Notes: generated by a model from the sequence alone, not told the origin. Shown: positions 12,446-24,618, counted from the stretch's first letter. The stretch: DNA of 64,000 nucleotides from Octopus sinensis (GCF_006345805.1 NC_043017.1:10416001-10480000), one strand, 5' to 3'. Numbers and translations: made by a program.

Positions 12446-12580
12446 CACTCTCTACATTATTCCAAGCTGTCCTTTCCCTACTAAAGGTTGTTAACGGTCT
12501 TCGGCTTTCAGGGAAGGGAGATCCAGTATTTATATCTATTTCCCGGCAAATAGATCCACCACAAGAAACAGTGAATGTAT
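12446..12580 (-). CDS. Candidate internal coding exon (135 nt, phase 1-1) of an unidentified host gene
   Basis: Acceptor tgCTAACctctttccaatAG (branch point plus pyrimidine tract), donor G|GTAGGT. Only one open frame: xTFTVSCGGSICREIDINTGSPFPESRRPLTTFSRERTAWNNVES. Non-repetitive sequence; no family recognised. Confidence 0.55.
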
Positions 12581-12672
12581 CTATTGGAAAGAGGTTAGCA
12601 GCAGGGAGATGTTAATCTCTGCGTGTAAGTGGCACAGGCTGAAGCAGACTGTGTCATTACATGTGGTTGCAT

Positions 12673-12710
<38 letters not shown>

Positions 12711-12866
12711 CTCTATGTGACACTGCAGATGTGTATGCGTGTGCCGCGTAAGTGTATGCGTTTGAGGCTGTATAATGTGCGTGTGCAGAGTACCGGCAAC
12801 AGTGAATACTGCACTCACTGCACTGGACAGATTACACAGATTTTCAGATAATAAAGGATAAAAGAG

Positions 12867-12917
<51 letters not shown>

Positions 12918-13204
12918 TAATAATAATAATAAAATATAATAATAATAAATAATAATAATGATAATAAAAAAATGATAATGTCTACAAAAAAGAAACCTTG
13001 ATTATTAAAGTAACAAGCAATCCAGCACACATACTGCAGATGCGTGTTTATGGCATGTATGCATGCATGTATGTGTGTATAGAGAGACAGAGAATGTGTT
13101 AAAAATATGGAGTATGTATATGTAGATATATGTGTAATCTATATATATATATATACATATATTATATATATATATATATATATAATATATATATACTAAT
13201 ATAT

Positions 13205-13246
<42 letters not shown>

Positions 13247-13448
13247 TGTATATATATATATATATATAATATATATATATTACATATATGTGTATACTAT
13301 ATATATATATATATATCTATATATATATACATATATGTGTATGTATATATATATATATATCTATATGTATATACATATATTATAGTAATGTAGAAAAATA
13401 CACAATGGACAAGAACGTATAACTCAAGAAGACGATACAATAAGAGCT

Positions 13449-13494
<46 letters not shown>

Positions 13495-14807
13495 GCATCG
13501 ATAGAAGACACAAAATATATATATATGTACATACATGTATATATGTATGTGTGTGTATGACATAGAAATTGTGTGGTGTTTGCAAGTCAGAATGAAGACC
13601 AAGCTATAGAAAATTAGGCCTCTGTGTCTATGTGTACCTAAGCAGACAGATTTTGTCAATCACTCTCTTTCTCTCTCTCTCTCTCTCAGGACACAGACAA
13701 GACACACTAATAGACTTGGCTGGCTTAGTACAGGACTAGAGAAGGGATGATGGATGGCAGAAGGCTACAAGATATATATACATACACATACACACACACA
13801 CAGATATGGAGTCCATTAGTTGTCATGGTAACAAAAGAGCTGTGAACAGTACAATAAATCCAGTATCTCTGGTCAAAAGAGATAAATACTGTTTGGTTGA
13901 ATCTAACGGAGCCAAAGAAGACACATATTTTCTTTTTTCTTTTCTTCTTCTCTGGGTCAGATGAGATGATTTTTTTTTGTTTTTTGTTTTTTTGTTTTTT
14001 GATGATCTGGTTTGCAATTTTTTCTCCTTTTACTTGTTTCTGTCATTGGACTGTGGCCATACTGGGGCACTGTTTCTAAGGGGGTTAGTCCAAGCAGGCC
14101 ACACGGCTTATAAATCACACAGACCAGACTACTAAAAACGTCCAAGGTGGTCTTTCATTGGGCATGCCGTTCCAAAAGCCTCATGGGCCGTAGTTTGCCC
14201 ATGTCTAGTTTAGTTGAATAAATTGACCCCGGTATTTATTTCAAGCCAGGTTCTTATGTTGTCCATCTGCTGAACCACTGGGTTATGAGAACTGACACCG
14301 GTTATCAAGTGGTGGTAGGAGACAAACACACACACACACACTATGACTAGCCTCTACACTGTTTTTATCTACCAAATTCACTCTATAGTAAAAAAAAAAA
14401 AAAAAAAGACATTTGCCCAGGGTGCCATGTAATGGGATTGAACCTAACACCAGATGGTTACAAAGTGAGCTATATGCTTTGCATTTTTTTTTTTTTTATA
14501 TTTTGATTTTTTAATCAGGAAAGTAACACCCATGATCTTTTGCAGGAACTCTGAAGCAGATGGGAGGGAAGCGGGGAGGAAGGGGAAAGGAGGAGGGTGG
14601 AGGGAAGACAGAGAGAGGGGGAATGGAGGGGAGAGATAGGGAAGGAGGGAGCTATTGTCAAAGCACAGACTCGGTTCTGGTAGTGTGGATGACCCAGCAT
14701 CCCACCTGCTGCTGGGCACCCAGGCTGGGAAATGGATTCAGAACCCCCCCCCCCGCCACATAAACCATGACAAGATTTAAACTGGGAACACAATTTGGAA
14801 CAAATAC

Positions 14808-15004
14808 CTATTTCTTTACTACCCGCAAGGGGCTAAACACAGAGAGGACAAACGGATTAAGTTGATTACATCAACCTCAGTGCGCAACTGGTACTTAATT
14901 TATCGACCCCGAAAGGATGAAAGGCTAAGTCGACCTCGGCAGAATTTGAACCCAGAACGTAACAGCAGACGAAATACGGCTACGCATTTCGCACGGTGTG
15001 CTAA
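14808..15004 (-). mobile_element. SINE family A
   Basis: Same core and tail. Confidence 0.88.
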
Positions 15005-15903
15005 ATACCAGTAATTATCCAGTCCCACTAATCTAAAACCCTGGTAGTCTACCTAGGAGTCTCTCTTGAGGCTGAGAAAGACAATTCCACAACCTGCACA
15101 GGTGATTTTCTTAGAGTGACGAACCAGAGAAGCCAGATCAAAGCAGTGCAGGTTTCTCATGTCTAACATCTCTGAGCTATGGGTGTATGGTAGGGGTGAG
15201 TGGGGAATACGGGCAGGAAGGGAACACCAGGGGGGATGAAGCTCTGGTGAGGAAGGATTGGGTATATTGCAATTAGTCTGATGGCCGTGTGTGCATGTGC
15301 TTGAAAATGCACACAGATACATATGTATGTGTGTGTTGCTTTTGAGTGGACTGTGAAAATTTGGAAAGGGTCAAAAGAAAAAACGCAGAGACAAACAAAA
15401 CAAAAAGTAAAAGTGCATTCTTTTTTCAATGGGGGTAGGGTGGGGTGGGAGTGGTGATAAATAGGGGTGGGTAGTGGTGGTGGTGGTGGTGGTGGTAGGA
15501 ATGGATGGTTCAGCCTAAGTTTTATTCATTCTTCCTTTATTTTATAACTTTTTTTTCCTTTTTTTTCTTCATTTTACTTTAAAAAAGTCCCCCATCCTCA
15601 CCCAATCAACTTACTTACCTAAACACTTCTGGACGACCCCCCCCAAAACCACACACACACACTACAACTGTAACACTTGAGCCATCTCAGCATTAAATGA
15701 CCAGTACTAACACCACCGGCCACCACCACCACCACCACCATCACCATCACCACTACTCCTACACCTCCAAGGTATGTCATCTTGGAGAGCAAAGACTTAG
15801 TACATCTGACGAATCATGTCTTTGACATCTAATAATGGTGGCGGCAGTAGTGGTGGTGGTAGTGGTGGAGGTGGCAGTAGTAGTAGCGGCAGCAGTAGTA
15901 GTG

Positions 15904-15934
<31 letters not shown>

Positions 15935-16506
15935 CAGCAGTAGTAGTGGTGCTGTTGTTGGCAGTAGTAGCAGTGATGGTGGTGGAGGTAGTAGTAATAG
16001 TAGAGGAGGTAGTAACAGCAGTAATAGTGGTCCTTGTCATCATTGTGGTGGTAGCAGTAGTGGTGGTGGTTGTAGAAGTAGCAGTAATAGTAGTGAGTGA
16101 GTGAGTGAGGTGGGAAGGAAGTGGGAAGCAAGTGGAGGTTAAATGAGTATTAAAGCGTACACTGCAGTACAAAGTATTTAGTCCGTGACTCTACTCACCA
16201 CTGGTCAGTCTGTACTCAATACTCAGCTGAACCATTATCGCATTAGGGTTAGTGAGAGAGTGAGTTTTATGGCAGTAGGAGTTGCTGGCAGAGGGATGGT
16301 CTTTAAACAAGAGAGAGAGAGAAAGAGAGAGGAGGGAGAGACAGAGAGAAAGAGAGAGACTGTCAATCACATTATGTACCTATTGCACAAATTCAAACAC
16401 CATGATTTTGTCGTTAATACACAAACAGCTAATTGCATACACCACATGTAAGTGTGTGTGTATGCATATGCACACACACACACACACACAAACTTTATAT
16501 CATCAT

Positions 16507-16719
16507 CGTTAGCACGCCGGGCGAAATGCGTAGCCGTATTTCGTCTGCCGTTACGTTCTGAGTTCAAATTCCGCCGAGGTCGACTTTGCTTTACATCCTT
16601 TCGGGGTCGATAAATTAAGTACCAGTTTCGCACAGAGGATCGATGTAATTGACTTAATCCCTTTGTCTGTCCTTGTTTGTCCCCTCTATGTTTAGCCCCT
16701 TGTGAGCAATAAAGAAATA
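16507..16719 (+). mobile_element. SINE family A
   Basis: Same head, core and tail. Confidence 0.9.
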
Positions 16720-17985
16720 TATATCATCATCATCATCATCTGCTGTGTCATCTGCTGGAAGCCTGTGCTTGTAACTGATCCATAGGTATTTCTAGACCTT
16801 TTATTTTTAACTGGTTTTAGTCATTAGACTGTGGCCATGTTGGAGCACCACCTTGAAGAATTCTTTTTAGTCAAATGAATAAAATCAATCCCAGCATATA
16901 TTTTTTTTTTAAAGCCTGATGCTAAGTTACAGGAACATCAACACACCAACACTGGTTATCAGCATTAAATGACCAGTACTAACACCAAGCAGGGGTGATG
17001 GTGGTGGTGTAGTGGTGGAGTATAAAGGGTCTTCTTTTAAGTTTCCGTCTACCAAATCCACTTGCAAGGCTTTGATCAGCCCGAAGCCAGCCGTAGTCGA
17101 AGGAGTTCTATCCGATGCTCGACTGACTCTGCCTATTCATTTGTTACTTGACAAACGAGACAATACTCTATGCACACCCACACCACCACCACCACCACCA
17201 CAAACTCATGGAATATCTACAATACACAAAACAGGACTTTCACAGCAGACTTTAAAAAAAAAAGATTAAAACAAGAAAAGCATACAATAAAATACTGACC
17301 AAAAAAAAAAAGAAATGAGAAGCTTTTAAGCAACAACAATAACAACAACAACAGTAACTCAAGTTTCAAACCATGATAAAAGTGGTTGAATCTATATACA
17401 GCCAATGACCCCAAGTACAAAACAGAAAGAACCACACATCAAACGATATCCTGGACTCTTAAAATGTCTAAAAATATTCTAAAAGTACAATTGTTTATGA
17501 AATATATTATAAAACGATAATTAAACCAGTTTAATTAGTGGAAGTAATCACAAGTTCCCTAATTGGCTCATAAAGTATTCTTTATACCATATATCCACAT
17601 ATCCACAACCAACAACCTCCAGTACAAAGCAGAAGGACGACAGAGAAACAAGAACAAGATGGACTTGCAAAACGTGTACAAGTATTCTAAAGTTTGGTGT
17701 TATGGGGGTCAGTGCACATTGCTCTATAAAGGACAACGGGGCTAGTTTGCTGGTTTCTCTGGTGTATATAATACTCCCTGGAAGGGATGCCAGTCCCTCA
17801 CAGGATTATTCATCTTCATTCTACGACTGGGTGGAATGAAGCAACATGAAAAAAATGAAGTATTTTGCAACACATGTTGCATGGTCCAGGAACTGAAACC
17901 ACAATCTTGCAGTCAGGAGTCCAACATCCTAACCACTAAGGCATGCACCTCAAGTTTGGCATCAAATTGTTCATAAATTGATGAT

Positions 17986-18370
17986 GGAAGCACTCCGTCG
18001 GTTACGACGATGAGGGTTCCGGTTGATCCGAATCAACTGAACAGCCTGCTCGTGAAATTAACGTGTAAGTGGCTGAGCACTCCACAGACATGTGTACCCT
18101 TAACGTAGTTCTCGGGGATATTCAGCGTGACACAGAGAGTGACAAGGCCGGCCCCTTGAAATATAGGTACAACAGAAACAGGAAGTAAGAGTGAGAAAAA
18201 GTTGTGGTGAAAGTGTACAGCAGGGATCACCACCATCCCCTGCCAGAGCCTCGTGGAACTTTTAGGTGTTTTCGCTCAATAAACACTCACAACGCCCGGT
18301 CTGGGAATCGAAACCGCGATCCTATGACCGCGAGTCCGCTGCCCTAACCACTGGGCCATTGTGCCTCCAC
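17986..18370 (-). mobile_element. SINE family C, tail type 1
   Basis: Head GGAGGCrCAATGGCCCAGTGGTTAGGGCAGCGGACTCGCGG...; nearly identical to 41520-41901. Confidence 0.92.
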
Positions 18371-18666
18371 TGTTCATAAATATCATCAAACAATAATTAA
18401 GTCATTTTAATTAGTCTCAGCAGTCACCCGGCTCCCTCTTTGGCTCATAAAGTATCATTTAGACAATGGGGAAACAATAAAATGTGTCCCCCACCCCAGC
18501 CACCAAAAAAGAAAAAATACAACCAAGAAATTCTATTTTATTTGTGACAACTACTTTGAAAGTTCTTCAGCCAACAACAATCTAGGACCACATAAAAAAC
18601 AACATGTCAAACGCCCAAAATGTCTCCAGATATTTATAAATATAGAGCTAAATAGTTTATAAAAAA

Positions 18667-19068
18667 CTAGCAGTATCGCCCGGCGTTGCTCGGGTTTGTA
18701 AGGGAAATAACTATATAAGCAATTTTAGAGAGTTATAGCCAAAAAATAGCAAAAAAATGCATTAAAAATGGGAAAAAAATGATGGTAAATTTATTTTTAC
18801 ATCGTTGACTCATCGTAGACATTTTTAGAGAGTTACTTCCCTTATATAATAGCGAAAAAAATGCATTAAAATGGAAAAAAATGATGGTAAATTTTTTTAA
18901 AATCGTAGACTCATCGTAGACGCGCGCTAATACTCAGAAGGGCTCGATATGAATCACGACTATAAGATACCCGGTTTTGGTTAAACTGCACCGCAAAATG
19001 TGGGAGTAGTTAGGAATCTAAATCGTAGGAGACAGACACTCACACAACCTCTCTTTTATATATAAAGA
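18667..19068 (-). mobile_element. Non-autonomous Helitron-type element
   Basis: Minus strand starts TC and ends with hairpin CCCGAGCAACGCCGGG then CTAG, inserted between A and T; internal tandem duplication of about 100 bp (18723-18920). Confidence 0.8.
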
Positions 19069-19519
19069 TATTCTAAAAGAATAATCAAGTCAGTTTAATT
19101 AATCAGGGTTTCAATGGCTGGATGCCCTTCCTAACACCAACCACTCCAAGAGTGCCACCTGCACAGGTGCTTTTTTATGCGCCACTGGCAAGGGAGCCAG
19201 TTATGTGACACCAGCATTGGTCACAACTATAATTTCGTTTGGTGTGACAGGTCTTCGCAAGTACAGCCAATGGCCAATGGTCAACGATCATCCTTGAAAA
19301 TATCTTCATTTTCCTTTCAATTGTTTCAGTCATTGGATTGTGGCCATGTTGGGGCACTGCCTTGAAGGGTTTTAGTCAAACAGATCAACCCCAGAACTCA
19401 TTGTTTTTTAAGCCTCGTACTTATTCTAGCAGTTCTTCTGCCAAACCTCTAGGTCACAGGAGCCATAAGCAAACTAACGTCCGTTGTCAAGCAGTGGAGC
19501 ACAGGAATAAACACAGGTA

Positions 19520-19557
<38 letters not shown>

Positions 19558-20066
19558 CATATGCTTCCACACAACTTCTGTCCACCAAATTCACTCAGAT
19601 AGCATTGGTCAGCCCAGGGTTGTTATAATCAATACTTGCACAAGGTGCCACACAGTGGAAGTGAACCAAAAACCACATAGTAACAAAGCAAACTTCTAAA
19701 CCACACAACCATGCCTGCACCAATCTATATTTCAAGTGGAATCTGTGGAGGGAGACAGGAGATTTGGCTGCTATTTCTAGTACGTTCAATGAGTGCAAAG
19801 AGGCTCTCTGACAAAAACAAAAGCTTTTCCCCCCACCTCAGTTAACACAATGGAGGTGTGTGTGTGTGTGTGTGTGCGGAGGGTGTGTATTAAATCTGTA
19901 CAGTTTATTTATTTTACGGCAATCATTAATTATAATTTCACTTCCCATATACAAGTGATTAGTAGACAGACTTGTGAGAATCCTGGATAAATCTAAACAA
20001 AACAGACACATATATTTCTATATATATAAAAACATTCCAGGGAGGTGACAAGTTCAAAGAACTTAC

Positions 20067-20119
20067 GTCCAGCCACTCAGGAAAGACCTCAAAGACGGGA
20101 CTTTGGCATTCAGGTTATT
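20067..20119 (-). CDS. Weak candidate exon (53 nt, phase 0-2)
   Basis: ttatattcgacAG| NNLNAKVPSLRSFLSGW |GTAAGT; single open frame. Confidence 0.3.
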
Positions 20120-20299
20120 CTGTCGAATATAATAATGTTTATTATTTATTCACATTGTTTTGAATGAATCCTGCATTATCAAGACTTCAATGTTGTGATT
20201 GCTTGTTTCTGGAATGACATTGCAGGGTAGGTGTGAGAAACCAGATCCGGCCAGTTTGAACATAAAGCAGCTAAAATATTTTGACCAGGTAGGTAGATA

Positions 20300-20508
20300 A
20301 GTAGTGTGTCTGTGTGTGTGTGTGTGTGAAAGAAGAATACAAGTGGGGTTCAAAATTCACTTAGCGGTTCAGCAAAAAGAGACCGATAGAATAAGTATTG
20401 GGCTTACAAAGAATAAGTCCCGGGGTCGAGTTGCTCGACTAAAGGCGGTGCTCCAGCATGGCCACAGTCAAATGACTGAGACAAGTAAAAGAGTAAAAGA
20501 GTAAGAGT
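20300..20508 (+). mobile_element. SINE family B, 3' half
   Basis: Tail GAGTAAAAGAGTAAGAGTA abuts the truncated hammerhead. Confidence 0.85.
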
Positions 20509-20586
20509 AACAGGTGTTTCAGCAGTATTTTATAGACGTATTCTTGAGTTAAATCATGACAAAAATCTGCCCTCTTCAGATGATTT
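20509..20586 (-). ncRNA. Hammerhead-like motif truncated at the cleavage site
   Basis: Minus strand AAATCAT-CTGAAGA-G-GGCAG...CTGCT-GAAA-CACCTG-T-T, followed directly by a SINE tail; the 3' strand of stem I is absent. Confidence 0.55.
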
Positions 20587-21373
20587 CAAACAGGTAAGGT
20601 GGAAATATATGTTCGACTTGATCATCAAGCCCCACAGTGAGAAAAGTAGATTTGTCTAGGTCCACTCATATACAGATATAGACATGTGGTTGTATATATG
20701 TTCAGACAACATCAATTTGATGGAGGGAGTGAACTAATGTACGGCACAAACATTTGACCAGTTTAAGCAAATCATTTGTGCAGATTGTTCGCCAAAAGCT
20801 GAACAATAATAATCATCATCATCATTTAATATCCCATTTTTCCATGTTAGCATGGGTTGGATGGTTCAACAGGAACCAATGAGCCAGAGAATCGTGCCAA
20901 GCTGTGCCTGCTTCCACATGGTTTCTACAACTGGATGCCTTCCCTAATGCCAACCACTTAAAGGAGTGTACCAAGTTCATTATATATATATATATCCCTC
21001 TCTCTCTTTCGGAGAGGCACTGAGCAGCTATACGCACATATACACACATGGCAGTAACTTCCACCTACTGAATTCAATCACAAAGCTTCGGTCGACTTGG
21101 GGCTATAGTGGAAGCCACCTGCTCAAAGTGCCACGCAGTGGGACTGAACCCGAAACCATGTAGCTAGGAAGCAAGCCCCCTAACCACACAGCCATGCCCA
21201 CGCCTACAAAATGTATGCACATATAAGCAGCGCTATGCGTGTGGCAAGCTTTCTACGGCCGGATGCCCTTCCTAATGCCAACCCCCACCTGTTGCTAAGC
21301 GATGTAGTTTTTCCCTCTCTGTATATATATACTCCTACTTTCTTATGATATTTAATCAACAGGAAGTTACAAA

Positions 21374-21411
<38 letters not shown>

Positions 21412-21481
21412 ATTACTAAGTTTGAAAATAGAGAGATTCAATGGTTCAATGGGTATAATTTAATTTATTAATTATTTAACA

Positions 21482-21572
21482 TTACCTACAATTGTTTCAC
21501 TTCATACCCAACTTAAATAACAAAAAATAAGTTGGCATTTTGAGTACCCTGGGTGTAAGGTCTTCAGGGCAA
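21482..21572 (-). ncRNA. Type I hammerhead-like motif, long stem II
   Basis: Minus strand TTGCC-CTGAAGA-CCTTACACCCA...(inner hairpin CCAACTTA/TAAGTTGG)...TGGGTATGAAG-T-GAAA-CAATTG-T-A-GGTAA. Palindromic stem III ACAATTGT, GUA site. Confidence 0.75.
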
Positions 21573-21939
21573 AACGCACATTACAGAGTTTACATTTTGA
21601 TCAATTGAAATACTCAGACATATACACCAACTCCAATATATATATATACACATAGTAATGCACCTGAAAATCTCCAAAGTTAGACAAGTAACTTCGTTGT
21701 TCTGTGACGAACGGAATAGAACTTCCCGCAGCAATAAGGCTAATAGACTGATCTGGGTACCTCTCCACATGGCATCACCAGAAAGACAGCAGTGAGGGGC
21801 AGTAGGAATAGAAAGAATACAGAAATAGTAAACAAATACAGAGGGATGTGAACCTTTTTGTCTGCAAGATATTATTAATCTATGAAAAGGATTAACAATA
21901 ATTACTCACATACTTTATTACATACTAATTACTTACATA

Positions 21940-22102
21940 GGTGCAGGAGTGGCTGTGTGGTAAGTAGCTTACCAACCACATGGTTCCGGGTTCAGTCCCA
22001 CTGTGTGGCACCTTGGGCAAGTGTCTTCCACTATAGCCTCGGGCCAACCAAAGCCTTGTGAGTAGATTTGGTAGATGGAAACTGAAAGAAGCCTGTTGTA
22101 TA

Positions 22103-22142
<40 letters not shown>

Positions 22143-22362
22143 CGTGTATGTTTGTGTATGTGTTTGTCCCCCTAGCATTGCTTGACAACCGATGCTGGTG
22201 TGTTTACGTCCCCGTCACTTAGCGGTTCGGCAAAAGAGACCGATAGAATAAGTACTGGGCTTACAAAGAATAAGTCCCAGGGTCGAGTTGCTCGACTAAA
22301 GGCGGTGCTCCAGCATGGCCGCAGTCAACTGACTGAAACAAGTAAAAGAGACAAAAGAGTAA
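21940..22362 (+). mobile_element. SINE family B, full length (tRNA head, CORE-like segment, internal microsatellite, GAGTAAAA-type tail)
   Basis: GGAGTGGCTGTGTGGTAAG...GGTTCAGTCCC...GGCACCTTGGGCAAGTGTCTT; more than 15 full or partial copies in the window. Confidence 0.9.
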
Positions 22363-22520
22363 TACACACACACACACACACACACACTGGTGTGTGCATG
22401 TGTGTGAGGGGTTGTTATATTTCAACACTGACAAAAACTGATATCACTAACTAAAACAGACACCTACTCATAAAGCAATGAATGACAAGGTATTGAAATG
22501 TTTTTGTGAGTGGTGTGAAT

Positions 22521-22584
<64 letters not shown>

Positions 22585-22859
22585 CTGATTCTCTCTCTCA
22601 CACACACACTAAATGATAGGGGGTTACCTTGATTATAAGATCAACTGTTTTCACCATTAACACATTAACCACTGGTAACCCCTCCCACTGACTCTTAATC
22701 TACTGCCCTGCCCCACCAAGAGTCTGTCTAATGACAGAGCTTCACACAATGGTTTGCTTCCTTTACATTGCCAATCACATCTTCTACAATATTTCTCAAT
22801 TCTTTGGACATTAACCAACATATGTGTTGTGTGTGTGTGTATGTGTGTTACTTGTTGGG

Positions 22860-23340
22860 GTCACTGGATATATCCCAGGTTAGTGATCCCAGAAGTATTA
22901 TTGTGTGTAGAGCTAGCCAAGTCCACCAGTGCCCCCGATCACTGGTGGTCTTGTGCCAGCCATTCTGCATCCTCCGAGCTGACACCAAGCCTCTGGAGGT
23001 CTTCCTTAATTACATCCAACCCTCTGGTGCGGGGCCTGCCAGAGAGTCTCTTCCAGCCTGCAGGTCCTGTGTCAAACGAGAGTAAGGCCAATGTAGGATG
23101 ATCTGGGAGAAGGCAGAGGATATGTCCGTACCAGTGCCTGTGGCAGAAGGCAATGAGATGGGAAACTGTGGGCTGATGTGTGTGTGCACACAGCCCTTTG
23201 TTGGAAACCTGATAGTACTACTTGATGTTCACAATGATCCTCAGGGCTCTGCTGTCAAGGCTGTCAATCCTCTTTGCTAGGGCCTTCATGAGGGGCCACA
23301 TTTCTGCTCCATAGAGCACCTATGTATAGGCAGGTGAGTA
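22860..23340 (-). pseudogene. RTE-clade LINE 3' fragment
   Basis: VLYGAEMWPL...RALRIIVNIK*...WYGHIL...GWKRLSGRPRTRGLDVIKEDLQRLG; RTE post-RT C-terminal pattern, with stops. Confidence 0.85.
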
Positions 23341-23869
23341 TGTGGCTTTGAGTTTTACCTACTGCCAACACCACTAGACGATTAGTGTTGATTTATTTAC
23401 GCAAAGGAGACTGATAGAATAAGTACCAGACTTTAAAACGAAAGCAGTGCTCCAGCATGGCTGCAGTCCAATGACTGAGGCAAGATTAAACGATACTGCA
23501 ATACTATTTTTTTGAGAAGAAATGTTGTGTTGCGGCCTTTAAGCATTTCTCCCTTTGCTCTACGCACTTGTCCTTCCCCCAACCCTTACCTCACCGCCCC
23601 AAAAAGGGGAGAGAAAAACCTCAGCAGCCATGCAAGTGATATGAGGTGGATCCAAATACCAACCCAAAATGTTGTGTGTTACAAATTTGGTTTACCAGAA
23701 GAATAACTCTGCTACACTTTGGTGCCAACAATTATTGCAATGCAGCTAGTGTTAGGCAGGATATTTATTCCAGGTATAGTTTCCAAGACTAAAAGATTCA
23801 GATAAGAAGATACATTCAGATAACATGTCTACATATGAAAGGGACTGTTTCAAAACACTCCCTTTATAA

Positions 23870-23892
<23 letters not shown>

Positions 23893-23902
<10 letters not shown>

Positions 23903-24147
23903 TGGTAAAACGGTAAGATAACAAAAGAAAGAAAGAGACCTCAATATTATGTAAATAGAGGAAAGTTATCTATACAATAATATGTTACATTACTCAATAG
24001 TCAAGATAAAACTCTGAGCATAACGGTATTTTTTCATAGCGTTTTCAAATAGCCAGACAACCGAAGAGATGTCGTGGATTCCCACTTCGGCATCTGAAAC
24101 TCAGAGTTATATCTTGACTATTGAGTAATGTAACATATTATTGTATA
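23893..24147. mobile_element. PLE-like terminus with partial inverted copy, between (TA)n tracts
   Basis: 23971-24018 is the reverse complement of about 24100-24147; hammerhead-like motif in the right copy. Confidence 0.6.
24055..24114 (+). ncRNA. Hammerhead-like motif, degenerate (CCGAAGA core)
   Basis: AGACAA-CCGAAGA-GATGTCG...CGGCATC-T-GAAA-CTCAGAG-T-T-ATATCT. 7-bp stem II, palindromic stem III. Stem I has 2 mismatches here, and the inverted partner copy (TTATCT) repairs one. Confidence 0.55.
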
Positions 24148-24162
24148 TATATATATATATAT

Positions 24163-24350
24163 ATATAATATAAGGGAAAGTTCACGAAAATAAACAAAAG
24201 ACGAAGGGAGGTGGAGTACAAACAAACAAATGTATCAGTATAGCACTCAGGAATAGAAAAAGTCTTTTACGTTTCGAGCCTATGCTCTTCGACAGAAAGA
24301 TACACAGAAAAAAACAAGGAGAGAAAAAAATGTGTGTAGGAGCTAACGAC
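24163..24350 (-). mobile_element. PLE-like terminal repeat fragment
   Basis: Homologous in layout and sequence to 45228-45420 (…TTTCGAGCCTAyGCTCTTC…ACAGAAAG); hammerhead followed by about 100 nt then (TA)n. Confidence 0.6.
24263..24300 (-). ncRNA. Minimal hammerhead-like motif (CUGUNGA-A core)
   Basis: Minus strand TCTTT-CTGTCGA-A-GAGC(atag)GCTC-GAAA-CG-T-A-AAAGA. Stem I 5 bp perfect, ACGT palindromic stem III, A6>U and an extra A after position 9. Confidence 0.65.
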
Positions 24351-24396
24351 CTTCTTTTATCGGTTTCAGCACAAAGCTGCAGCCATGCTGGGGCAT

Positions 24397-24436
<40 letters not shown>

Positions 24437-24582
24437 GTTAATGCTTGTTTTAATGTCAAATTATATATGAAAAACAATTTAATGTTAAACTGAAGAATTA
24501 ATACTTTTTAGTAGAATACGTGTTTGTTAAACTTTTACAAGGAGTGGGGTAACTTTGAAGTTTGGGCCTGAGAGCTTTTGTC

Positions 24583-24618
<36 letters not shown>

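Noticed and set aside
21564-21770. ORF with signal-peptide-like start (MWRGTQISLLALLL...)
   Set aside because: Two frames are open before the same donor and the acceptor is ambiguous; not enough support to call a CDS.
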